Assembly (NCBI GenBank): GCA_013239625.1
Contig: MU053934.1
Location: 8,329,352 to 8,393,351, forward strand
Direction: 5' to 3'
Length of the DNA: 64,000 bases
DNA from: Lama guanicoe
Lineage: Eukaryota
The position numbers were made by a program, and so were the translations under genes. The notes under the pieces were generated by a model. It was not told the DNA's origin. It did not search any database and worked only from the letters and a program-made list of their open reading frames with translations. Below, piece by piece: positions 26,101-36,855 of the stretch (position 1 is its first letter; each line of letters begins with the position of its first letter).

Positions 26101-27114
26101 AGCTGGGGGCGGGGGCCACAAATCACCGGCCACAGCAGTTCCTTCCAGAAGACGACTTTTTTCCCCTATGCCACCCTTGTCTTTAGTTTGTACTCAGAAC
26201 AGCACTGGTGTCTGTCAGCTGGACAGGCAGAGGCTGTCTGGCTGCCCACACGAAGTGGCATTTGCTCGGGGAGCGCTTACTGACTCAGAGGGAAGGCGGC
26301 ATGAGTCACGACGCGTTGCTGTGATGAGGGACAAGCCTGCTCCGCCAAGGTGTCTGTGCTGGGCCCGAGGGGATGACGGTGCCGGTGGCTCAGGTCCCTG
26401 ACATCTCTGGTGCCAGAACGATAAAGTAACGGCAGAAACTAACCGCCGCCACAAACTTCAGTGCAGAGGCTGAGAGTCCGGGAGCGCCGGCGTGTGCAGC
26501 CCGCCAGCGGGGGACCTCAGGTGTGCCCCGCCCTCCCTCCCACCTCGGGGGATAGTCCTGGTGCCCACTTCACAGGGTCACTGTAACGAAGAGTTTGGGT
26601 GGACACGCCCAGCCCCTCCCAAGGCACTTGGCGCGCGGTGGTGCCCCGTTACCGGTGGGCGCTGCTATTCTCATTACTCGTGCATGCAGAACGTCTCACG
26701 TGTCTGCCACCAACTGGCCCAGGTGACCTGAGACGAGCCTCTGAAACCCAAGAAGTGGGTCTGGCCGGCGCCCTCATGCACCACACACCACAAGCCAGCC
26801 CTCAAGCAGGTTTGCTGGCTGAGTCCCACTTGCGGCCCTTTCTTTAAAAGCCCCCGGCTGGGAGTCTAGACTAAAATGGCTTTCTCTAGACTTCTCACAG
26901 ACAAACTCAGGTCCCCTCTGGAGGACGCCACCTTGCAGCCAAATGTGAAGGCAGAATGCAGGGAAGATGAGCATCTTACAGAGAAAAGCCGCTGAACACA
27001 CAAGGGACCAGGGCACCATGAGCGAGAAGCAACAGTGACCACACAGAGCCGGATCCGCGCACGGCGTCGTCAGATGCCAGCACTCGGAGAGCAGTGGGAA
27101 CTAGGCTTGTTCAA

Positions 27115-27159
27115 TCTGATTCAAGAAACAGAAAAATGTCTGATTCAAGAAACAGAAAA
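27115..27159 (+). repeat. Short tandem duplication, 24-bp period
   Basis: TCTGATTCAAGAAACAGAAAA at 27115-27135 and again at 27139-27159, inside an L1-like relic. Confidence 0.9.
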
Positions 27160-29184
27160 GGAGAGAACTGGAAACATGAGATAGGAGCAAGAGATTCTGA
27201 AAAGGCTTGACTAGATTTGAAAAAGAGCTGAACAGAATTTCTAGAAATTAATAAAACAGTGATTGTGTGACTTGGTGCAATCGCCTTGGAAAGCAGTTGG
27301 GCATCACCTAGTGAATCTGGAGGTCAACATACCCGGTCATTTCACGTCCGTGTTTTTCAGAGAATTTCTTGTCCGTGCGCACCAGGAGGTTGTGCCAGAA
27401 TGCTTCTAGGAGCACCGTTTATAACAGCAAGGCAAACACACACACAATGAAAGCAAAAAGGATAAGAAGAACTTTGTGACAGGCAGAGAAGTCCAGTTCC
27501 AAGAGGCTGGCTCGTGAGATAGTGAGCTCCCCGTCACTTGCAGGAAGGGGAGCTGAGACCGATGACTCCCTGTGGTGGTGCTGTGTTCTGAGGCCTCATT
27601 TTGTGCTAAGGTTCTGGCAGCTGCCTGATCACAGGGCCCCTGTCTGATTTTTCTCCCGAGACCCCAGCTTTGGGCCAGGCACAGAGCCCCTATTCAGTGG
27701 ATGTTTCAATGAATGAATGAATGAGTGAATGAGTGAACACAGTGCCTGCAGTCATCTTACTTCCCTGTTGTGCAGACGGCCCTGCCACCGTGCTCTGGGG
27801 AGTCCCGGCCTGCACCCCGTCTCCCAGGCGATGTGACTCATGTGTCCCCCAGGCTGGAAGCCATTCAGCTCATGTGGCCCTGCAGTGGGGGTTGGTCCCC
27901 CTGAGGAAGGAGCTCACTGCAGCCCTCTTCCCCTCCCATATGCACTGCCCTGTCTCTCTGAGCAACTTCCGTCGCAGATGTCCCCTCTCCAGGGTCAGAC
28001 AGGCCTGTGGGCCACTCTACCAGGGCTGCCTCTGGGCCGTATGACAGCGAATGGGTTCAATGGGTTATATGTCACCTGGAGGTGAGCAACAGGGCGGCCG
28101 GGTAAGCAGGGTCCAGCTGACCCTGAGGACATCCTTCCCACAGTGGAGAGACCCCCCAGGGGAGCCCACGTGGACGCCCTGAGGGCGCCTTCCTCACCCA
28201 CTGTCCCCTCAAGCTGCGTCTGGAAGGGGGACCCAAGGGAATTGTCTCTGTCCGTCTCTGTCCTGAGGCCCGGGCCTGTGTCAGGACTGAGGCCCCGCCC
28301 TCCTGTCTTCAGGTCTAGGCACCTGTCCCCTCGGGCCTCAGGTGTCCCCTGGGGATTTGGTTTCTAAAGATGCCACGGGCCAGGGATGAGAGCCAGGGTT
28401 CTTTCTGAGTCATGGCCTGAAATTTGGACTTGAGCCTTGAGATTTTGGTCTCTTAGCAACCACCTCCCCAAGCTGGGCCGCCTCAGGCCTGGGTTATCAG
28501 TCGGCCCCGGGCAGCCACTGTGCCCCAGGGTGGGGTTGCACATGCCGGGGATGAGGGGCTTTCCAGCGGGCCTAGGGATCGCTGGACTCCAGGGGATTAA
28601 GAGCCCCATGATTCATGGTCTTCCCAGGAGCACCACCTGTGTCAGCCTCTTTTCTGGTCTTCCGAGATCGCTCTCCTGGGTGCTTTCGCAGACATCACAG
28701 GCTTGTTCTTAACTCATAGTTCTCAGTTGTTTCTCCCCATCTTTCCATCCGCTGCACCCAGCTCTCCAGTCTAACCGACCCTTGCCTTCTTTCCCAGCCC
28801 AGTCTCTCTGCCCCTCCATACCTGCACCTGCCCAACTTCAACCTATGTATCCTCCCAGGCCCACTTCATATGCCACCTCCTCCAGGAAGCCTTCTCCAAC
28901 CCCCGTGCAGAGGTCTCCCCTCACACAAGCCTCACTCCTCCGACTGTCCCTCCAGCGGCCCCATGTGCTCTGAGACTGAAAAACACAGCAACACACTTGC
29001 CCGGATTCCAGACGCTTGGGGGCAGAGCTCGTCCCCACTTAGACCTGGACTGGCCTTGAGTGCAGGCAGCCCTTTCTGTGCGCCTCAGGTTGTTCGTTTG
29101 TTCCTGAAGAGACCACATGAGAGAACGGAAGGCTGGGTGAGGGAGGCGAGACCTGGACCCTCGTTCCGGACCTCCCTCCTCATT

Positions 29185-30130
29185 TGTTCGTTACTGAGCA
29201 GCTCCTCCATGTCTGCAACGGTTTGGGCTCTGAGTCGTCAGCAAAACAGTCTCTGTCTTCACAGAGCTTGCATTCTAGTTTGGAAAGGTGGACGATAAAT
29301 AATAAATAAGCAAATGGTCACGAAGCAGATGGTGCTAAGTGCTATGGAGACAAATAAGGCAGGGGAAGGGGGGGGGATTATGATACATCCATCTATCCAT
29401 CCATGAATCCACTCAATGACTCATTGCCCCATCCTTCCATCCACCTAACCAGTCCTATCCACACATCTTCCCATCCATCCCAAAATGACTCACCAAGCTC
29501 CATGCCAAGCCTTGGGCTGGATGCTTTAACTCAGGCATGGCTTTTGGTAGCAAGGAACTCACGTTTTGGTGAGGGGTGTGGCATGGATGGGATTCACTGT
29601 GATACAGTTTGCTGAGATCCTCAACTCACCTGCTTCAAGCCAAGTGCCATGGGAATAAAAGGGAAACTGTAACTGATTCTGACCGCAGAAGCCAGGCCTC
29701 TCAGAGGAGGTGTTTGATGGGGCTCCTAGTGGATGAGTAAGAGCTCACCACCAGGGCCAAGGGAAAAGCATTCAGGAAGAGGGAACAGCAAAGGCATGGA
29801 AGCCTAGAGAACAGGACTCACTCAGGTTATGCAGCACCATCTGAAACGCCTGCGGTGTCGGCTGAGACAGGGAGGGGAGGCAGCGGGGGCCAGACAGCAA
29901 AGGGCCTTGTGGCCCAGGCCCAGGAGGCTGGGCTTCATCAGAAAGGCAGTGGGGAAGGCATTGAAGGGCCTTAAGCAAAGGAGGAAGGGAAGAGTCTGAA
30001 GGCCATCTGTCAACCTGCAGAGCAAGGCTAGAGGGCGGTGGGGGAGGATGAGGATGCCATGGGGAGGATCTGCAGTGGTCCAGGCAGGAGAGGAGGGCGG
30101 TTTGGACGAAGGCAGTGGTAGAGGGGTGGA
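29185..30130 (-). mobile_element. L2 LINE fragments, antisense
   Basis: AGAGCTTGCATTCTAGT, AAGTGCTATGGAGACAAATAAGGCAGGG, GGAAGAGGGAACAGCAAAGGCATGG, GGGAAGGCATTGAAGGGCCTTAAGC. Confidence 0.65.
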
Positions 30131-30559
30131 GGAGAGGGAGAGAGAAGGGCTTCAGAAGGGAGGGCGTGGCAGGGAGGGGCCAGACCTGTGGGTGGTGAAG
30201 CCAGCTCCGGAGGAGGTGGGGACCAGAGGAAGAAGAGGGGGCCCCAGAGCAGAGGAGGAAGTCCACTTAGTGGCTGCTGAGGGTGGCTCCCCTATCGTTT
30301 ACCCTGGAGGAGATGCCAGGAGTGGCTGAAAAAGCAGTTGCTCCTTGGCTGCTGCAATGCCTTGTCCTCCAAACTCTTCTGTCTCCCCTCACTCCCGGGA
30401 GGGCTGCACTGCCTCCAGCTGCCCCTCTCTAACGGCACCACGGCCTTTCTCCCGACCTCTTTCTGTTCCCCCTCTCTGGCATTTGAGTGCTGCTAACTCC
30501 CAGACTGCCACCTCCAGCCAGATGTCTCACCTGAACTCCGGACAGACGGTGAACCTCAC

Positions 30560-31030
30560 TGAACCAGTTAGTGCTGCGTCTGCCGGAGCCCTGAGCCCAG
30601 CTAAGCAAGGGAGGGGCTTGTTTCATCTCATGGAAAAGTCCAGAGGTCGAGTTCAGCATCTTCGGTCCAACAGTATCATCACAGGCTCATCTGTCCTTCT
30701 GCTCTGCCCTCCTCAGACTGTGACTCTTGATCCCCATGGTCACAAAGTGGCTGCTGAGATCAAGACAACACCTCTGCATTCTGGGCAAGAGGAAGGACAC
30801 AAAGATCAAAAAAGGAAATGGCAGCTAACTCAGGTGCTTTTATAAAGCTTTCCCAGAAGCCATTCCCAGTGACTTTCACTCACACCTTTTTAACCAGCGT
30901 GGTGTCACCAGGCCACTGCTGACCATAAGGGAGGCTAAGAGAGCAAGTGGTTTAAATGGGCATGTTGTAGCCCTGACCAAAATCAGGGACAGTGGCTATT
31001 GGCTAGGCCACCAGCGGCATCTGCCACCAC
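30560..31030 (-). mobile_element. Old MLT1(J/K)-like MaLR LTR
   Basis: CATGGTCACAAAGTGGCTGCTG, CTTTCCCAGAAGCC, AAGGGAGGCTAAGAGAGCAAGT, CAAAATCAGGG. Confidence 0.6.
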
Positions 31031-32519
31031 CTAGAGGTTCACTGTATCTTTGATTACCTCAGAGACAGGGGGCTCAGTCTCCCCTGGAGGGAGGGGCGAC
31101 TGGCAGCTGGACTTGGCTCCGGCGCCGCTGACTCCTGCTGCAGGGGCAGAATCCGGCAATTCCGCGGATGCACCGGGACTCTCAGACACTTACCAAGAGC
31201 GCTGGATGCCGGTTGTCAAACGGGGCACATTCATTTCAACAATGTGTCTGGGTAACGATGCCTCCTCACACATGGCCAGAGGGATTGTCTCCAAGACAGA
31301 TTGCCGCCTGGACCACACAAGAGCTTTTCCGTTATCTCTGTGTAACCGGCCTCCGGGGGTGATAAACAGCCTGGATTGAACCGTTGCTCCTACAAATTGA
31401 ACTCTGTGGGGCCGGAAGACCAGCATTACGTTAATTGTATTCCAGAATTTTCCATTTATCTCCCGCCTGCCACCCGAGTTCCCAGGCAGACGTGTTTGTG
31501 CGCATTTATGAATACACAATTGTCGCTGAGCCCGCGCGGTGTCCTCTTCGAGAGGCTCCATGTGGACCCTCTGCCCTTCCCCTCTCCGTGCGGACTGACT
31601 TGAAGCACGGCCTTGTCCAGGAGCAAGCGCTTTGCCTTAGATACACGTGGGTTTGACAGATGCGAGGTCCCAAACTGGGGACGCGGAGCCCAAGGCGAGG
31701 GGCGCACGCTGGCCTCTGAGCCAATGACCATATGACGCTAATCCCAGCATGAACATATCACCTGCGTAACGGCTGGTCTATTTTTAAGCCACCACAGGGA
31801 TCAGTTCCGGCCTGACGTTCTCCTCCAGCCCCGGCACGCTGTTTGATTTGGGGCTGTTCCTGGAGAAGGGACGGCTTTGTATGGAGTGGGGGCAGGACTG
31901 GACGAAGACCTCGGCGTGGGCCACCCCAGCCTCGGGCCTGGGGGGAGTGGCTGATCCAGCACCCGTGATCCAGGGAGCTGCTGGGGCCATGAAGCAGGTC
32001 CCCGGGGTCGGGGGCAGTCAGCAGACGCCTCCAGCTCAGCACGGAAGCGCGACCCCGGTTCCTCTCCCTCCAGGCCTGGAGGCAGACAGAAGCCGCTCCG
32101 AGATGCTCCGAGAGCTCAGGCCCAGGGGAGGCCGATTCTGCGTGAACGGATCCCGTGCCCCTGCCCGCCTGCCAGCAACTGAATCTGTTCACACGTCCCC
32201 CGGGCATGGAAAGCGCCAGCGACTGAGGCAGCAGCGACTCAAACCGCGCGCGACCCTTCCGCTCAGAAGGTCGGCTTCCGGACATTTATGCGGAGCTTGG
32301 GGCCAGCTGCCCCCACCCTGCTCACAGGGTTAAAAACGTGCCAGGAACCAAGTGGTTGCCACTAAAAAGTGGTGGTGCCAACGACATGGCGACGCGCATT
32401 CTCCGAGTAAAAAGCTCAACACGTAACACTAAGATCTTGAAGGAGGTTATGAAAGAGTGGCTATAAACAGGGTCCCATTTTTCTTAAAAATGAGACATAC
32501 GCACCACACACACACACCA

Positions 32520-32803
32520 CCCACAGTTGGACTGAGCAATGGTTTCTCAGACATGACACCAAAAGCACAAATAGTCCAAGAGAAAAAACAGCTCTTTGTC
32601 TTAAGATCTCCTTTAATCACGGAAATTAAAAACTTCTGTGCTTCAAAGGATACCACCAAGAGAGTGAAACAGCTCACGGAACAGGAGAAATCTTTTGCAA
32701 ATCATTTATCTGATAACGAGATTTGAATTTAGAACATCAAAATAACTCTTGCAACTCAAAAAAAAGACAACCCAGTAAAAAGTAAGCAGTTTGTGGACAG
32801 ACC
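32520..32803 (+). mobile_element. LINE-1 ORF2 3' fragment
   Basis: Translation includes GFSDMTPKAQ..EIKNFCASKDTTKRVK..EKSFANHLSD, typical of the L1 ORF2 C-terminal region. Confidence 0.85.
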
Positions 32804-33274
32804 TGTCAACTTAAAAAAACAAAACAAAACAAAACGCACAACATGGAGCTGTAAGTTCAGTTTTATTTGAGGATTTACTGAGGACTATAGCCCAGGAGAC
32901 ATCCTCTCAGAGACCTCCGAGGAACTGCTCTGAAGAGGTGAGGTGAGGGGGGGAGGTCAGTAGGACAGTTTGGTGAAGGGGGTACGTACAGTCCAGCACA
33001 CATCTCAGTAGAAAGGGGCTGCTAGTCAGTCACAAGGAGCAGACTTTAGTGCTTTTCTAGGTATGAGAAGATGCAAGCAATTGGGTTCATAACATTTTCT
33101 CCTGAAAATATCTCACTATCTGAAGGCCTGTTCGGCCAGTTTTCCCAGAGCACAGAGCCTCATTCCTGATCTTCACCCTGAATCCCTTTCAGGGTGTGCT
33201 GGAGGTCAGTGGCTGCAGTGGTTGTGACCTAATTCTTGCAGAGCCAGATGGTGAGCAACATTCCTTAGTTGGCA
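32804..33274 (-). mobile_element. Solo LTR of an endogenous retrovirus (ERV1-like)
   Basis: 471 bp bounded by near-perfect inverted termini TGTCAAC...GTTGGCA (TG..CA). Minus-strand AATAAA at ~32862. Interrupts L1 sequence. Confidence 0.75.
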
Positions 33275-35940
33275 GTGTCCTCTGAAGCACAAAGTTTTCA
33301 TCTTGATGAAGTCCCAAATTATCTGTTTTTCTCCTGGATTGCGTGTGTCTATGTAATAGCTAAGAAATCACTGCTCAATCCAAGATCACGAAGATTTAGC
33401 CCTATGTTTTCATCTAAGAGTTTTACAGTTTTCGTTCTTACATTTAGATCTTTGATTAATTTTTTGGTTATAGGGTGTGAGGTAGGCATCCAACTGCATC
33501 TGCAGGTAGATATCCAATTGTTCCAGGACCAATTGCTGAAAAGGCTGTCCTTTCCCCAATTAATTGTTTTGGCACCCTTGCCAAAATCAATTGGCTGTAA
33601 TTGTGACAGTTCATTGCTGGGCTCTCAATTCTGTTCCATTAACCTGTATGTCTACACTTTGCCAGAACTGCGCTGTCTTAATTACTGTCACTTTGTAGTA
33701 AGTTTTGAAATCAGGAAGTATGACTCCTCCAACTTTGCTCTTCCTTCCAAGATTGTTTTGGATAATCTGGGTTCCTTGAGTGTTTGTATGAATTTTATAT
33801 CAGACTGTCAATTTATACGAAGAAATTGGCTGGAATTCTGACGGGGATTGTGTTGGCTCTAGTGATCGATTTCGGGAGTTTTACTACCTTAACGATATTG
33901 ATTATTCTGATCCATAAACATACAATGTGTTTCCACTCATTAAGATCTACTTTCATTTCTCTCAACAAGTTTTTGAAAAGTTTTCAGAGGAGAATAATTT
34001 GCACTGCCTTTGTTAAGTATAGTCCTAAATTTTTTATTTTTTTGATATTATCGTAAGTGAATTGTTTTAATTTTCTGATTGTTCATGGCTAGTGTGTAGA
34101 AATATAATTGATTTCTGTATATCGATCTTGTGTCTTGAAATCTTGGTGAACTCATTTACTAGTTCTAATAACTAATTTAACTAATGACTTAGTTTACCAG
34201 GTGGTAGATTCCTTAGGATTTTCTGCACACAAGATTTTGTCATTTGCAAATAGAGATATTGTACTTCGGCCTTTTCAGTGTGGATGCCTCTTTTTCTTGC
34301 CTAATTGCCTTGGCTAGCACCCATGGTACAATGTTGAAGAGAAGTCACGAGGGTGGACACCCTTGTCTTGTTTCGGATCTCAGGGGAACGCATGCTGCCT
34401 TCCACCACTGCGGGTGATATTAGCCGTGGGCTTTCTATAGATGCCATTTATCAGGTTGAAGAGGTTCCCCTCTAGTCCTAGTTTGTTGAGTGTTTCTATC
34501 TTTAAAGTGTGTTGGATTTTATCAAATACTCAGTCTGCATCTATTGAGATGGTTGCCTTGTTTTTGTTTATTATTTTATTGATATGGTGTATTACATTAG
34601 TTGATTTCTGAATGTTAAACCAACCTTGCATTACGGGGTTAAATTCCCCTTTGTCATGGTGAATAGTGGTTTTTATACGTTACTGGATTTGGGCTGCTGG
34701 TATTTTATTGAGGATCTTTGCATGTATATTCATAACAGATATTGGTCTACAGTTTCCTTGTTAGACTTTTCTCTGGTTTTGCTATCAGGGTATTACTGGC
34801 CTCAGAATGAGTTGTGAAGTGTTCTGCCTCTTTGATTTTTTTTTTTGAAAGACTTGGTATTAATTCTTTAATGTTTGGTATTCAACCAGTGAAGCCGGCT
34901 GGACTTGTGCTTTCTCTGTGGGAATTTTTTTTATTATTATTACTAATATCAATGTCTTTACTTATCTATTCAGCTTTTTTATTTCTTCTAGAGTCAGTTT
35001 TGATAGTCTGTATCTTCGAATTTGTCCATTTCGTCTAACCTGTCTGATTTTACTAGCATATGCTTTTTCATAGTATTTAAATGGTATCTCTTAAACTTTT
35101 CACTTTCTGTTTGTTTCCAGTACATAGAAATCCAGTTGACTTCTGTATGTTGACTTGTTAAATCACATCCTCTGTGGATAAAGACAAATCTGTTGCTTCA
35201 TTTCACTCTTTTTATTGCCTTGTTACACTGGCTAGGATCCCCAGCCCAATGTTGAACAGAAGTGGGAGTAGCAGCCATCTTTGTCTTGCTGCTAAGTTTA
35301 TAAGGAAGGCTTTCAACATTTCACCAATAAATATGACTCCTCTATAGATTTCTTGGTGGATACCTTTGAACAGATTAAGGAATTTCTTTATGTTCCTAGT
35401 GTTCTAAGGGCTCCTTTTGTATGAGTGGATATTGAACTTTATCAAATGCTTTTTCGATATCCATCAAAACAATCATAATTTTCCCCCTCGAATCTGTTAA
35501 TTTAACAAATAACATTTGAGTTTATCATATTAAATCTACCTTGCAGTTTGCTTGTTTTTTTCATATTTTGTTTAGACTTTTTGCATCTTTGTTCATGAGT
35601 GAGATTTGCCTGTAATTTTTCTTTCTCATATTATCCTTTTCCTTTTTTTATACCAAGTTAAACTGGTCTCACCAAGCAAGCTGGGCAGCCTTCCCTTCCC
35701 TCTTTCTCTGGAAGGGTCTGTGTCAGGGGAGCATCATTTTGCCTTACGTGTAAGGTGGAATTCTCTGGGGAAGCCATCTGGACCTGGAGTCTTCATAGGA
35801 AGGTTTTTAGTTACAGATTCAATGGTTATGAGGTTATTCAGATTCGCCCTTTCTTTTTGTGCCAGTTTTGGAGCATTGTATTTTTCTAGAAATGTATTCA
35901 TTTCATGCAAAATTTCATATTAATTTGTCACAATTGCTTC
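33275..35940 (-). mobile_element. Old LINE-1 ORF2 fragments (at least two pieces)
   Basis: T-rich antisense L1 signatures such as GTAAGTTTTGAAATCAGGAAGTATGACTCCTCCAACTTTG and ACAATGTTGAA..AGAAGT, the latter occurring twice (~34330 and ~35250). Confidence 0.88.
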
Positions 35941-35949
35941 CATAGTAGT

Positions 35950-36105
35950 TCCGTATTTAGTTTCCCACAGTTGAGGTAACAACCTATCACAAACTTGGGG
36001 CCTTAAAACAACACAAATTTATTCTCTTACAGTCTGGAGACCAGAAGACCAAAGTGGGTTACAGTGGGTTGAAACCAGGTACCAGCAGGGCACGCTCCCT
36101 CTGCG
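35950..36105 (-). mobile_element. MLT1-type (ERVL-MaLR) LTR fragment
   Basis: CACAAACTTGGGGCCTTAAAACAACACAAATTTATTCTCTTACAGTCTGGAGACCAGAAG matches the MaLR LTR end in antisense. Confidence 0.75.
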
Positions 36106-36716
36106 CCTGGTAAACCAGCGGAGGGTGTCCAGGTGCGCTGTTACCCTCATCAGCCGGCATCCTGCTGCTGGAAGGGATGCTTCCCACGCGTCACGAGGAC
36201 ACGTGCAGATGGCAGAACTGGGATCCAGTGTGATCTCCGGGGGGCTCAGGGGAGGGGCGGAGGGGAGACAGAGACAGAGACAGAGAGACACACACACACC
36301 AAGTTGAGCAATCAAGCCCAAGAGGGGCGTTTCCTAGTGTGGATTCTGAGATATCTTAGGTCTGAAAGAAGATCAGAGGGAAGAAAAGGATTCTGTATCC
36401 TAATAAATTAGTTTGGGGGAACTTACACTGACTGTCCTCTGATGTTCTAAATGAACACTGGTGCTTTTAAGTTTCTAAGAAGAATTCTAGGAGGAAAAAA
36501 AAAGGAGTGACCTGTACTTAATCCACTGTTTCTGGGACTTAATTGCTTCAGAATCCTGCTTCCTCCTGGTGCCCGTCTGCAGCCCAGGAAACTTAAATTT
36601 TTTTAACGTACGAATTGGAAAATGGATTCTTTCGTACTTATTGGGAAGTGCTGGTGTCGGAGGAAGAGAGTGATTAAAATATAAGCAGAAATGAATGACT
36701 GAGAAATAGAAAAGCA

Positions 36717-36855
36717 GAGGGAGGGTAGAGCTCAAGTGGTAGAGCGCATGCTTAGCATGCACAAGGTCCTGGGTTCAACCCCCAGTACTTCCTCTAAAAA
36801 TAAATAAATGAACCCAGTTACTTCCCCACCCCCAAAAAAAGGTTAAAAAAAAAAA
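36717..36855 (+). mobile_element. tRNA-derived SINE, Vic-1-like (camelid)
   Basis: GGGAGGGTAGAGCTCAAGTGGTAGAGCGCATGCTTAGCATGCACAAGGTCCTGGGTTCAACCCCCAG with Pol III A/B boxes, then an A-rich tail. Confidence 0.85.

Noticed and set aside
1..32400. Coding exons of another gene among the many short ORFs
   Set aside because: No translation resembles a known protein and I found no consistent exon chain; small or non-coding exons cannot be excluded.
36717..36795. tRNA gene
   Set aside because: A/B boxes are followed by an A-rich tail and recur in four diverged copies, so these are SINEs.
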